From a virus, in IMG/VR virus record IMGVR_UViG_3300035145_002457, positions 1 through 64,000 of that record: a stretch of 64,000 nt of DNA. The stretch is one strand, 5' to 3'. Of the stretch, positions 30,432 to 40,754 are shown one piece after another. How positions within the stretch are numbered: position 1 is the stretch's first letter; every line of letters starts with the position of its first letter. The notes below the pieces were generated by a model. The model searched no databases. It had not been told where the DNA came from and saw only the letters and a list, made by a program, of their open reading frames with translations. Position numbers and translations under genes: made by a program.

Positions 30432-32822
30432 ATGTCATATACTATAAATTTTACAAATAGTGCTGATAAAGATCCGATAGTTATTGAAGACGGCACTATA
30501 AACAGATCTACAAGCATTGGGTTTCCAGGAAGAAGTAGCACAGGTTACGGACAAGTAATTGCAGAAGACCTACTCCATTTATTAGAAAATTTTGCAAGTC
30601 CTACAGAACCTAGTAATGCTGTTGAAGGACAGTTGTGGTATAATAGTTCTAGCGGTCAATTACTAGTATATGATGGAACAATATGGGTACCATCAGGCGG
30701 ACTTAAGAAAAGCACTACACAACCGGATACAACAGAAGCAGTTGATGGAGATTTATGGGTAAACATTGACTCTCAACAATTATATTTGTTTTCAGGATCA
30801 AACTGGGTTTTAGTAGGTCCTGAATTTAGCCAAGGTCTAACAACAGGTACTAGACCTGCGACAATTACAGGTCAAGATAACGTAGACTATACTGTAATAC
30901 AAATTGAAGTGAATGCAAACGTTGTTGGAATAATTGCTTTCAACGAATTTACTCCTAAGGCAACTGTATCAGGATTTACAACAATTAAACCAGGTATAAA
31001 CTTAGCCAATAGAGACACCGATGGTGATGGAATAAACAATGTAAAATTTTATGGTATTGCTGAACGTGCTGAAAATTTAATTATAAACGACTTACCAGTT
31101 CCTGCGGCAAACTTTTTAAGAGGTGATGCTGAATCAACTACAACTTTTCCTATAAACATTCAAAATAATACAGGATTAAGTTACGGAATAAACGGTGAAC
31201 TTAATATTGGTATTGAAGGTAGTGCAGGTGTTATACAACATAACATTGAAGGTTCTAACATTGACATGCGTGTAAGAAACGCAGGGTCTAGTAACACAGT
31301 ATTAAGAGTTGATTCAAGTTTGAGAGTAGGAATAAACAACGAAGCTCCAGATGAAGCATTAGATATTACAGGAAATGTTCTTGCAAGTGGAACAATCAAA
31401 ACAAATGATGTTACTGAAAGTTCTAACATTGGTAACGGTAGTATTGTTGCAAAAGGCGGCGTTGGTGTAGCAAAAAGTTTAAATGTTGGCGAAAACATAA
31501 CTGTACAAAAAGGTATTACTTTAGGTAATAATAACCTTACTGTTGATTCAGCAGATAGTGATCTTATAATGCCAGATCTTAACAACACAAGAAACATTGG
31601 TAGTTCTGCTAATAAATGGCGTAAAATTTATGCAACAACATTTATTGGAAACTTAGAAGGTGAAGTATTAGGTAACATCACAGGTAAAGCAGGTAGAGCT
31701 GATAAGCTAACAAGTTCAACTACTTTTAGATTAACTGGTGATGTTGAAACTGTTGAACAAGTTTTTGACGGACAAGACGGAGGTAGTTTAAAAGAATTTG
31801 ATCTTAGTATTAAAAACACTATCATTTCAAGCAAAACACAAGTTACTGATAGTTTGTCCAACGATGAATTCATTATTGATAGAATAAGTGGACAAAGCAC
31901 AGGACTTCGCAGAATAAGTAGACAAACATTATTCCAAAATATTTCAGGATTAACACCTATTGGTAGTATTATGCCATATGCAGGTAACGTAGAACCTACA
32001 GGATGGAAATTTTGTAATGGACAAGAATTAAGCACAGGTACATATAATACATTATTTCAATTGTTAGGTTACAATTATAAACCGCAAGGCGATGTTTCCC
32101 CCGGACAATTTGGACTACCAGATCTAAGAGGTAGATTTCCATTAGGTAGTTTAACTATGGGCGGCACAAATCCGCCAGTTGCTGAACCTAACATAGCAAC
32201 AGTTACTGGTACTATATCTGGACCAACTGTGACAGCTTTTGATGCTTTTAGTATCAATGGCACAACTATTAATTTAACTGGCACTGATCTTGCAAGTGTT
32301 ATAACAGATATCACAAATGCAAATATAACTGGTATATCTGCATCAAACAATGGTAACAACCAATTACAAATCACAGGTACTAATGTAAATATTGTACTAG
32401 TAGATGTAGCAAATACACCATTAGCTGATTTAGGACTTTTAGCTGGCACAACTATAACAGTAAAAAGTGCTGATACTAGAGCAAGAGGCGGTAATACAAC
32501 TGTACTTGGTGCTGTAGACGGATCAGATGATGTTACAATTAATTTAGAAAACTTACCTGAACACGAACACGATTTAAAAGCACAAAACGGTGTGCAGTTT
32601 AGTGCTATAAGAGCAGTTGATGGTAGAGGCGGAGACTTGCCTAGCGATGCACAAACTAGTAGTATTCAAACTGGTGCAGACAAAGTTTCACAGACAATTA
32701 ACAAAAGTGGAGGTGTTGATATTCCTGCAGGAAGTTCATTTAGTGCAGTAGGTGAATCAATGGATATTATGAATCCATACCAAACTATAAATTACATTAT
32801 ATATACTGGAGTAGTAGCATGA
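30432..32822 (+). CDS. tail fibre protein with tail collar domain
   Basis: Shared N-terminal LLENFA...GQLWY domain; collar motif PIGSIMPYAG...GWKFCNGQ...PDLRGRFPLG; LPEHEH; C-terminal MNPYQTINYII. Confidence 0.8.
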   Translation: MSYTINFTNSADKDPIVIEDGTINRSTSIGFPGRSSTGYGQVIAEDLLHLLENFASPTEPSNAVEGQLWYNSSSGQLLVYDGTIWVPSGGLKKSTTQPDTTEAVDGDLWVNIDSQQLYLFSGSNWVLVGPEFSQGLTTGTRPATITGQDNVDYTVIQIEVNANVVGIIAFNEFTPKATVSGFTTIKPGINLANRDTDGDGINNVKFYGIAERAENLIINDLPVPAANFLRGDAESTTTFPINIQNNTGLSYGINGELNIGIEGSAGVIQHNIEGSNIDMRVRNAGSSNTVLRVDSSLRVGINNEAPDEALDITGNVLASGTIKTNDVTESSNIGNGSIVAKGGVGVAKSLNVGENITVQKGITLGNNNLTVDSADSDLIMPDLNNTRNIGSSANKWRKIYATTFIGNLEGEVLGNITGKAGRADKLTSSTTFRLTGDVETVEQVFDGQDGGSLKEFDLSIKNTIISSKTQVTDSLSNDEFIIDRISGQSTGLRRISRQTLFQNISGLTPIGSIMPYAGNVEPTGWKFCNGQELSTGTYNTLFQLLGYNYKPQGDVSPGQFGLPDLRGRFPLGSLTMGGTNPPVAEPNIATVTGTISGPTVTAFDAFSINGTTINLTGTDLASVITDITNANITGISASNNGNNQLQITGTNVNIVLVDVANTPLADLGLLAGTTITVKSADTRARGGNTTVLGAVDGSDDVTINLENLPEHEHDLKAQNGVQFSAIRAVDGRGGDLPSDAQTSSIQTGADKVSQTINKSGGVDIPAGSSFSAVGESMDIMNPYQTINYIIYTGVVA

Positions 32823-34741
32823 GTTATAAACTGAATAAAACAGATGGATCTTTGCTTGTTGAACTACAAGACGGTATAATTGATGATACTAGTTCAGACC
32901 TAACACTTGTTGGAAGAAATTACAAAGGATTTGGAGAATTTCTAAACGAAAATTATATTAAATTATTAGAAAATTTTGCAAGCTCATCAGCACCATCAAA
33001 TCCTATCATGGGACAATTATGGTATGATAAAACCAGCCAACGATTAAAAATTTACAATGGCGAAGCATTCCGTGTTGCAGGCGGACCTGTAATAAGTGCT
33101 ACACAGCCAAATATGATAGCAGGCGATCTATGGATTGATAACGATCAAAATAAACTTTACTTTTTTGATGGCACAGATGTAGTCCTTGTAGGACCAAATT
33201 ACAGCAGTACGCAAGGTAAAACAACCTACGAAGCAGTTACTATGGTTGACACTTCAGGACAAACTAGAGCAGTTCTTGCTCAATATTTGCAAGGTACATT
33301 AGTTGGTATACACAGTAAAAATGAATTTACTCCTCGAAATGAAGATGTCTTGCTTCCTTATGCGGCTGGTAGAGTAATTAAAGTAGGATTCAATCCGCTA
33401 TACAAAACAGACAACGGAGATAATATTGCATATCGTTGGCATGGTATTGCAGAAACAGCAGAAAACCTAATAGACGGAACAGGAAATAATTATTCGCCTA
33501 CAGATTTTGTAAGGACTAACGAAAGAAATAGTCAAAATTTGATTGTTGACCAAACAATGGACGGCGGATTGTTTGTCAAAGGAGAAACAGGATTAAAAGT
33601 TGGTTACGGAGATACACAATACGGTGTATTTAAAGTTTTAAGCACAGATACAAAAACAGTGATAGATGTGGTACAACAAAATAAAGATTTTGCTATTAGA
33701 CGTAAAGTTGGAAACGACCAAATTGAATTTTTCACTTTTGATGCAACTAACAGCAAAATAGGTTTGTTTCAAACTACACCAACTGTAGAATTAGATGTCC
33801 TAGGCGACGGAAAATTTTCAGGAGATTTAACAGTTGAAGGAAACCTTTCTATAACTGGTACTACATTTGCTGTTGACACAGAACAAATGCGTATCAAAGA
33901 TCCTCAAATTAATTTAGGTGTATCAGAAGATTCAACAGAACTTACAGATGCACAAGTCGACGGCGGCGGATTTGTTATTAATAGTTTAAATGGTAGTAAA
34001 GATTTTATTTGGCGTAGTGCTACAGGCAATTTTACAAGTAATCAAAATATTGACCTTGAGTTAGGAAAGTCATATAGAATAAACAATAACAATGTTTTAA
34101 CTGCCAACACATTAGGAAGCGGAGTAATAAACAGTTCGTTAACTAGTGTAGGAACATTAGGCACATTAACTGTATCCGGAAATGCGGCAGTAGGTAGCAT
34201 TAGTTCACCAGGAGCATTAAATATTAGTTCAACTGGTGATATAACAATAAATTCTCAAAAAATTACAGGCGTTTCTGATCCAACTGTTGCCGCTGATGTT
34301 GCAAACAAAGGATATGTTGATAATACTGTTGCTATAGAAAATATTGCGTTTGCACTTGATATTACAGGTTTTTCAACACCTGATCCAGCAGGAACAGCAA
34401 GCGGTCCGATAACAGATGTTAAGAATGTTCTTGATAGTATCTATCCTGCAGGAGCAGATGCAAACGGCAAACAGGCAAAAATACATTGTACTTCATATGC
34501 CTCTGCAACAGTAAGTGGAATTATTATTTCTGTAGGTACTTCACCAGATGCAACAAAGACATTACAAAAATCTAGTATTGCAGTTGACTCTGCAGGTACT
34601 CAAAACCAAACAGTAATACAGGATATTACTGCAACAAACACTGCTTCAGGTACAGTATCACTTACTCCTGGCAGATACACAATGACATTCACAATAACAG
34701 GGGGCGTGTGGACGCACAATAGCACAGTAGCATATCCGTAA
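32819..34741 (+). CDS. tail fibre/baseplate protein, paralog of flanking genes
   Basis: Same N-terminal domain (GRNYKGFGE...LLENFA...GQLWYD); SSLTSVGTL and DVANKGYVD fibre motifs. Confidence 0.72.
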   Translation: MSYKLNKTDGSLLVELQDGIIDDTSSDLTLVGRNYKGFGEFLNENYIKLLENFASSSAPSNPIMGQLWYDKTSQRLKIYNGEAFRVAGGPVISATQPNMIAGDLWIDNDQNKLYFFDGTDVVLVGPNYSSTQGKTTYEAVTMVDTSGQTRAVLAQYLQGTLVGIHSKNEFTPRNEDVLLPYAAGRVIKVGFNPLYKTDNGDNIAYRWHGIAETAENLIDGTGNNYSPTDFVRTNERNSQNLIVDQTMDGGLFVKGETGLKVGYGDTQYGVFKVLSTDTKTVIDVVQQNKDFAIRRKVGNDQIEFFTFDATNSKIGLFQTTPTVELDVLGDGKFSGDLTVEGNLSITGTTFAVDTEQMRIKDPQINLGVSEDSTELTDAQVDGGGFVINSLNGSKDFIWRSATGNFTSNQNIDLELGKSYRINNNNVLTANTLGSGVINSSLTSVGTLGTLTVSGNAAVGSISSPGALNISSTGDITINSQKITGVSDPTVAADVANKGYVDNTVAIENIAFALDITGFSTPDPAGTASGPITDVKNVLDSIYPAGADANGKQAKIHCTSYASATVSGIIISVGTSPDATKTLQKSSIAVDSAGTQNQTVIQDITATNTASGTVSLTPGRYTMTFTITGGVWTHNSTVAYP

Positions 34742-34749
34742 GGATATGA

Positions 34750-34755
34750 TAAATA
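34750..34755 (+). promoter_or_regulatory. late promoter core TAAATA
   Basis: Intergenic GATAAATA before 34777. Confidence 0.55.
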
Positions 34756-34776
34756 CTTGCAACAAGGGGTTTATAA

Positions 34777-36285
34777 ATGGCGTATACAATTAACAAATAT
34801 GATACTACCCAGCTTACAGTAGTTCAAGACGGTACTATTGACCAAACTACCGACATAAAACTTGTTGGTAAAAACTATGCAGGGTATGGTGAAATACAAA
34901 ACGAAAATTTTGTATTTTTATTAGAAAACTTTGCTGGCGCAAATCAACCACCAAGGGCAATAAGAGGCCAAGTTTGGTTTGATAGTGCAAACAGCAAATT
35001 GAAGTTTTATGATGGTGATAAATGGCGTACAACAGGAGGTGCAGAAATTAGTGCATCTGCTCCTGCAGGTTTATCAACTGGTGATTTTTGGTGGGACACA
35101 ACAAACCAACAGCTATATGCATACAACGGAACAGACTTTGTACTAGTAGGACCCCAAGATGCTGGATCAGGCATTACACAGATGCAAAGTAAAACAGTAC
35201 GTGATGTAGGCAGTGTAAGTAGAAGTGTTATTGCCGCAACAGTAAACGACGAAGTCATATTTATTATAAGCCCAGTAGAATTTACAATTGACAGTACAGA
35301 CGCAGAAAACGCTATTTCGGGATTTGATGTAGTAAGACAGGGTGTAACACTTAAAAATACGCAAAGTGCTACAGCAGGTGTAACAAGCACAGATCACCAA
35401 TTCCATGGTACTGCCTCAAATGCTTTAAGATTAGGCGGCGTAGAAGCAAGTAGTTTTGTTAGAGCAAGTGTTGGTACTCCTACAGTATTCACAGAAATTA
35501 CAAATTTCCAAACAGATGCAGGTATAGCAATTGGTGCTGGACTAGATTTAAAACTGTTTATTGAAAACGATAACGAAGGCGTTATTCAAAACTCGCAAGG
35601 TGATGAAATTAAATTCCGCGTAAAAGAATCAGGCGGAGCCAGTGTAAATGTAGTAGATATACGTCCTGGTGCAGTATTACCAGGAATTCAAAGCACTGGT
35701 CCAACCGTTTACAAATCAATTGATTTAGGATCTTCGGCGGCCGCATTTAACGACATACATGCAGGAAACATTTACGGAACTTCGGAAAAAGCATCGGCAC
35801 TTATAGTAGGTGGTAATGCAAGAAATGGCTCAGTTGATAGCAGTGGCACAGGTACAGGAAATACTGTTGCTGTTAGAGATGGATCTGGTAACTTAAATGC
35901 AGTTTTATTCCAAGGTACTGCTACAAGTGCAAGGTATGCAGACTTAGCTGAAAAGTATACAACCGATCAAGAATACCCTGTCGGCACAGCAATGTGTGTA
36001 GGTGGCGATGAAGAAACAACAGCATGTAGAGCAAGTTGCATGTGTATAGGTGTTATATCAGCAGAACCAGCATACTTAATGAACAGTGATGCAGAAGGAC
36101 AAGCAATTGGACTTAAAGGTCGTGTTCCTGTAAGAGTAAAAGGAACAGTGAAAAAAGGCGATCCAATTTACGCATGGGCAGATGGTATTTGCTCAACAGT
36201 TGCAACAAGCGCACTTGTTGGTGTTGCATTAGAAGCAAGCGATTCAGAAGAAGAAAAATTAATAGAGTGTGTACTTAAGGTATAA
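34777..36285 (+). CDS. tail fibre protein with C-terminal intramolecular chaperone-like (peptidase G2-like) domain
   Basis: Shared N-terminal domain; C-terminal ADLAEKY...GVISAEPAYLMN...LKGRVPVRVKG. Confidence 0.72.
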   Translation: MAYTINKYDTTQLTVVQDGTIDQTTDIKLVGKNYAGYGEIQNENFVFLLENFAGANQPPRAIRGQVWFDSANSKLKFYDGDKWRTTGGAEISASAPAGLSTGDFWWDTTNQQLYAYNGTDFVLVGPQDAGSGITQMQSKTVRDVGSVSRSVIAATVNDEVIFIISPVEFTIDSTDAENAISGFDVVRQGVTLKNTQSATAGVTSTDHQFHGTASNALRLGGVEASSFVRASVGTPTVFTEITNFQTDAGIAIGAGLDLKLFIENDNEGVIQNSQGDEIKFRVKESGGASVNVVDIRPGAVLPGIQSTGPTVYKSIDLGSSAAAFNDIHAGNIYGTSEKASALIVGGNARNGSVDSSGTGTGNTVAVRDGSGNLNAVLFQGTATSARYADLAEKYTTDQEYPVGTAMCVGGDEETTACRASCMCIGVISAEPAYLMNSDAEGQAIGLKGRVPVRVKGTVKKGDPIYAWADGICSTVATSALVGVALEASDSEEEKLIECVLKV

Positions 36286-36288
36286 ATA
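36281..36288 (+). promoter_or_regulatory. T4-type late promoter TATAAATA
   Basis: Exact T4 late consensus overlapping the stop codon, upstream of 36315. Confidence 0.7.
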
Positions 36289-36314
36289 ACTACGTACTTT
36301 AAAAAGGATAGAAA

Positions 36315-37238
36315 ATGGCAGTAACAGTCGGACAAACCATAGGGGAAACAGAATATACTACATTACGTAGTACAATGCAGACAGTAATGGGAACACCTTC
36401 CGGTACAGGAACTGGGGCGGCAGGATATTTGCAAACAACTACTGCACCTTCAGTTAGTCCAGGAGACACTATTACAGCCGCACAGTGGAACGCACTTAAA
36501 GAAGATATTTCAAAAGCATACACACACCAAGTAGGATCAGCACCAAGCGGACCAGCACTGGTGACTGTTGATACTGACACTGGCATTACAGCTCAAATAC
36601 ATAATGATTACGAAACTGTAGCAAACTTTATTTCAAATGCTTCTAATAGATTTTTATTAGCGGCAGGACAAAGCACAACAACATCTGCTAGATCAAGAAC
36701 AGCAACAAACTGGAATGGCACAATTATACACGATGTAACGTTTACTTGGACTAACGAAAATAATGCCAAAGCATTTTTTAACGCTGGCGGCGTAATTAGA
36801 TGTTCGTCAACCCTTTCATACACAGGTAGTGAAGCAAAAACCCTACAATGGAAAAACATGCTTTCAGATTCTAGTGTTATTGGTATTAATTATGTAGACG
36901 GTTACAAGTACACAGGTACATCGGGTACTATTGATAATAATGATGGATACTACGATTTAACTACAACAGCATCTAACATTTATACACAAGATAATGCCGC
37001 AAACCCATATTCAGAAAACAGGTACAAAGTAGAAGCTCGAAAAATTACTAACGGATTGCGTGTTAGAATGATTTACGAAGACAATGATGCAGGTGATAAA
37101 ACTGGAACAGGACCGGCTGTTGACGAAAATGTTCAAGGCACGTTGACAAGCGAATTTTCATATATTCGTGCTACAGGATCTAATGTTTCTGTAAATGCAC
37201 CATCAATTGGCACAGGCGCAACAAATACTTTCACATAA
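36315..37238 (+). CDS. virion structural protein
   Basis: Thr/Gly-rich 307-aa ORF at the end of the tail module; AKAFFNAGG motif; late promoter upstream. Confidence 0.6.
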   Translation: MAVTVGQTIGETEYTTLRSTMQTVMGTPSGTGTGAAGYLQTTTAPSVSPGDTITAAQWNALKEDISKAYTHQVGSAPSGPALVTVDTDTGITAQIHNDYETVANFISNASNRFLLAAGQSTTTSARSRTATNWNGTIIHDVTFTWTNENNAKAFFNAGGVIRCSSTLSYTGSEAKTLQWKNMLSDSSVIGINYVDGYKYTGTSGTIDNNDGYYDLTTTASNIYTQDNAANPYSENRYKVEARKITNGLRVRMIYEDNDAGDKTGTGPAVDENVQGTLTSEFSYIRATGSNVSVNAPSIGTGATNTFT

Positions 37239-37241
37239 GAC

Positions 37242-37270
37242 TTGACAAATTGGTAAAATTGTTATATACT
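37242..37270 (+). promoter_or_regulatory. sigma70-type promoter heading the modification island
   Basis: TTGACA (37242-37247), 17-nt spacer, TATACT (37265-37270), then AGGAG RBS and ATG at 37296. Confidence 0.82.
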
Positions 37271-37295
37271 TTATGCGTATATACAAGGAGTTCCA

Positions 37296-37643
37296 ATGGA
37301 CGAAAGACTAGAAAAAGCATTAGAATTTTCTAAATTTGTTGAGACACAAAACAATCAAAAAACTATTTTTTTGAATCAATTCAAAGAAAATCTAATACAC
37401 TATACCCATGGACATAAATTTACAGCAACTCAACAGCTGATTACATTTGTATCTGTGATTGTTGAATCAGGAGAAGACACTGCAATCATTCTAGATGACA
37501 ATAACCTACCTGTTCTTATTGAAGATTTAAAAGGCTTTATGAGAGAATTAGTTGGTGTATATGTTTTTGCATCACGAAAATATGCTAAAGATTACAACGA
37601 TATCAAGACGCATAGATCAGTTGAAGGGCTAACAAATTTATGA
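37296..37643 (+). CDS. hypothetical protein
   Basis: Good RBS; ATGA coupling to the next gene. Confidence 0.75.
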   Translation: MDERLEKALEFSKFVETQNNQKTIFLNQFKENLIHYTHGHKFTATQQLITFVSVIVESGEDTAIILDDNNLPVLIEDLKGFMRELVGVYVFASRKYAKDYNDIKTHRSVEGLTNL

Positions 37644-38488
37644 CAAATGGTGTATTGCTATTTGCATTCAACAACGAAACTATTGATTATGTAAAACAGG
37701 CTGTTTACTGTGCTAAACAGATTAAGCGGCATCTTGACTTGCCTGTACAAATAGTAACAAACGCTGTAGATTACATCGAAACAGAATTTCCTTTTTATAA
37801 AAAATATATAGAACACGTTACTTATTCACCCGCCCCGGTTGGAGCGTCAAAGACTTTTTATGATGGCATTTATCATAATAAAAAATTGACCTGGAAAAAT
37901 AGCCTTCGTGATAGTGCTTATGATTTAACATTATTTGATAAAACACTTGTATTAGATACAGATTTACTTGTAGGTAATAATAAATTGTTAAAATGTTTTA
38001 ATACAAATGAAGATTTTATGATTGCCAAAGATTACAATATGGTTAATACTACAAAACAAATTGAAGGATTTGATAGGGTTAGTGATAGAACAATTCCAAT
38101 GTATTGGGCAACCATACTTTATTTTACAAAAAGCAAAACAGCAAAAACGGTTTTTGATTTAGCGTCACACATACGAGAAAATTATAATTATTACAGACTT
38201 GTTTATGATATACAAGAAAGCAAGTTTCGAAATGATTTTGCATTTAGTATTGCTGTTCATATAATGCGTGGTTTTACAGAAACCACAGATTGGCCAATGC
38301 GATTACCTACAGACATGTGGGTAAGCACTGATAGAGATGTTTTGTTAGAAAATACTGATGGAACAGCAAGATTACTTGCACAACGCGATTACGACTATCT
38401 TCTAGTAAAACTAAACAATGCCACTTTACATGTTATGAATAAATTTAGTTTGAATAAAGTAATTACTGGAGAATTTGAAAATGAGTAG
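37640..38488 (+). CDS. GT-A fold nucleotide-sugar glycosyltransferase (GT8-like)
   Basis: YDLTLFDKTLVLDTDLL DxD motif; RNDFAFSIA. Confidence 0.65.
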   Translation: MTNGVLLFAFNNETIDYVKQAVYCAKQIKRHLDLPVQIVTNAVDYIETEFPFYKKYIEHVTYSPAPVGASKTFYDGIYHNKKLTWKNSLRDSAYDLTLFDKTLVLDTDLLVGNNKLLKCFNTNEDFMIAKDYNMVNTTKQIEGFDRVSDRTIPMYWATILYFTKSKTAKTVFDLASHIRENYNYYRLVYDIQESKFRNDFAFSIAVHIMRGFTETTDWPMRLPTDMWVSTDRDVLLENTDGTARLLAQRDYDYLLVKLNNATLHVMNKFSLNKVITGEFENE

Positions 38489-39305
38489 AGGGTACTTTGT
38501 TGTTGCACAGAATAATGCTAAAACAGATTATGTTAGACAAGCATACGCTCTTGCATTAAGTATATTGGCACAGTCGCCTGATGCTAACATTAGCGTCATG
38601 ACCAACGATGATGTACCTACCAAATATAAAAAGGTTTTTGATCAGGTAATTGATATACCTTGGGGAGATTTATCAGAAGACTCAAAATGGAAAATTAACA
38701 ACAGATGGAAAATATATCATAGAACGCCGTATAGGCAAACAACAGTATTTGATACTGACATGCTAGTTTTAGATAATTTAGATTATACGTGGACTAGTTT
38801 ACAGCATGTGTCTTACCATTTTACTAAAGATGTACTTACTTACAGGCAAGAACCTGTAACATCACGTTACTATAGGAAAGCATTTGATGCAAACAATCTT
38901 CCTAATCCATATGTAGCAATGTTTCAGTTCAATAAATCAAATGAAACAAAAGAATTTTTTGTGTTACTAGAAATTATAATGAAAAATTGGAAAATTTTTT
39001 ACAGTAAATATGCACCTAATAGTATGCAAAATTGGTGTAGTGTTGATATGTGTGCCGCTATAGCTCTAAAAATACTTGGTACTGCTAATATATCTGTAAA
39101 TAATAACAACATGCTATCTTTTGTTCATTTAAAATCACATGCACAAAATTTGTCTAATCCTTTAATCAAATCCACTGACTTAACGTGTGATGTTGGAGAT
39201 ACAGGATTATTTTTAAATGGATACAAACAAAAAGGTGTGCTTCATTATGTTGATGATGAATTTTTGACAGATGAAATAATTGACTGGTTAGAGGAACAAG
39301 TGTAA
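38481..39305 (+). CDS. GT-A fold glycosyltransferase, paralog of 37640
   Basis: NNAKTDYVRQA, TPYRQTTVFDTDML DxD motif; ATG at 38481 follows a GGAG RBS. Confidence 0.65.
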   Translation: MSRGYFVVAQNNAKTDYVRQAYALALSILAQSPDANISVMTNDDVPTKYKKVFDQVIDIPWGDLSEDSKWKINNRWKIYHRTPYRQTTVFDTDMLVLDNLDYTWTSLQHVSYHFTKDVLTYRQEPVTSRYYRKAFDANNLPNPYVAMFQFNKSNETKEFFVLLEIIMKNWKIFYSKYAPNSMQNWCSVDMCAAIALKILGTANISVNNNNMLSFVHLKSHAQNLSNPLIKSTDLTCDVGDTGLFLNGYKQKGVLHYVDDEFLTDEIIDWLEEQV

Positions 39306-39853
39306 TGTTATATGTGCAATATGACGATGATGGAAGAATACTTTCTGTAACCAATGAATATGATCCAGCTATTTCAAGTTTAGAAGTTGACTTAGAGACT
39401 TATGAAGCATTCAGCAACGGAACAAGAATGTTAGCTGAATACCAAGTTGTTGAAGATTATCACCAAAAAGGAAAAATGCATCTTGTAAATGTAAATGTAG
39501 AGCAAGATGGTTATATTGATCAAGAAAAGGGAATTGTGTCAAAAAAAGATATTACAAAAGAAGGTATAATATTTGAACAACTCGACAAATGCTGGCACAT
39601 ACACAATCATTTGAGTGGTCCAATACCTACACTAATTAATTTAGGAACAGATTATTTTAGGGAATATTACATAGTAGAAGCACGTAATAGATTTGTGCTG
39701 TTAGATACTATTGTTATAGACATGAAAGAATTAGTTAACACAGACAAATTAGTTGTACAAGGACACTCTGCAGATAAAGAAGTAAGTATTGTGTGTTTTG
39801 AAAGTAGACTTAGACACAGACACAAGGTAGGAAAACAAAATGCGTATAATTGA
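39305..39853 (+). CDS. hypothetical protein
   Basis: Coupled ORF (TAATG); no recognised motif. Confidence 0.65.
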   Translation: MLYVQYDDDGRILSVTNEYDPAISSLEVDLETYEAFSNGTRMLAEYQVVEDYHQKGKMHLVNVNVEQDGYIDQEKGIVSKKDITKEGIIFEQLDKCWHIHNHLSGPIPTLINLGTDYFREYYIVEARNRFVLLDTIVIDMKELVNTDKLVVQGHSADKEVSIVCFESRLRHRHKVGKQNAYN

Positions 39854-40754
39854 TTACGATATTATATATTTAAGTTATGACGAACCTAATGCAGAAAAAA
39901 ATTATGCAGATTTGGTAAGCAAAGTTCCTTGGGCAAAACGTATACATGGAGTTGAAGGATCAGACGCGGCACACAAGGCTTGTGCAAAACTTGCAGAAAC
40001 AGATAGATTTATCACTGTGGATGCAGACAATATTATTAATCCTAAGTTTTTAGAGCAAGAGTTAGACATACCTAAGGATAGTGACTTAGAGCACAGTGTT
40101 ATTAGTTGGTGTGGTAGGAACATAATAAATGGACTGATGTATGGTAACGGCGGATTAAAATGTTGGCCAAAAGAATATGTATTAAACATGCGTACACATG
40201 AAAATGCAGACCCTGATAATCCTCAAGCACAAGTTGATTTTTGTTGGGATCTAAAGTACCTACAGCAAAATAGTTGTTATTCAGATGTGTATAACAATGC
40301 AACACCTCAGCAGGCCTGGAGAGCAGGGTTTCGTGAAGGTGTTAAGATGGCACTAGATCAAGGTGTGAAGCCAACAGTTGAAAACTTCTTACAAGGACAT
40401 TGGAAAAATTTGCATAGACTTTGGATTTGGTTAATGATTGGCTCTGATGTTGAAAATGGTCTATGGGCTATCTACGGCGCAAGAGAAGGCTTAGTTAAAA
40501 CAATGTTAACTGATTGGGATTATGTCAATGTAAGAGATTTTGAATATCTCAATAATTTATGGAAAGAAAAAGAATCTGTAGACTCTAAAATGTTATTAGA
40601 AGCAATAGAAATACTAGGTGCTTCATTAATAGATAATTTGGATATACCTATAGGACAAATGCCGTTAGACGAACAGCAAAGTAAATTTTTCAAAACAGTT
40701 TACCAAAATCCTAGCCGTAACCCTAAACAACAATTTGTGATTGATCCAGAATGA
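39840..40754 (+). CDS. GT-A fold glycosyltransferase-like protein
   Basis: FITVDADN DxD motif; YGNGGLKCWP; AWRAGFREG. Confidence 0.6.
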   Translation: MRIIDYDIIYLSYDEPNAEKNYADLVSKVPWAKRIHGVEGSDAAHKACAKLAETDRFITVDADNIINPKFLEQELDIPKDSDLEHSVISWCGRNIINGLMYGNGGLKCWPKEYVLNMRTHENADPDNPQAQVDFCWDLKYLQQNSCYSDVYNNATPQQAWRAGFREGVKMALDQGVKPTVENFLQGHWKNLHRLWIWLMIGSDVENGLWAIYGAREGLVKTMLTDWDYVNVRDFEYLNNLWKEKESVDSKMLLEAIEILGASLIDNLDIPIGQMPLDEQQSKFFKTVYQNPSRNPKQQFVIDPE

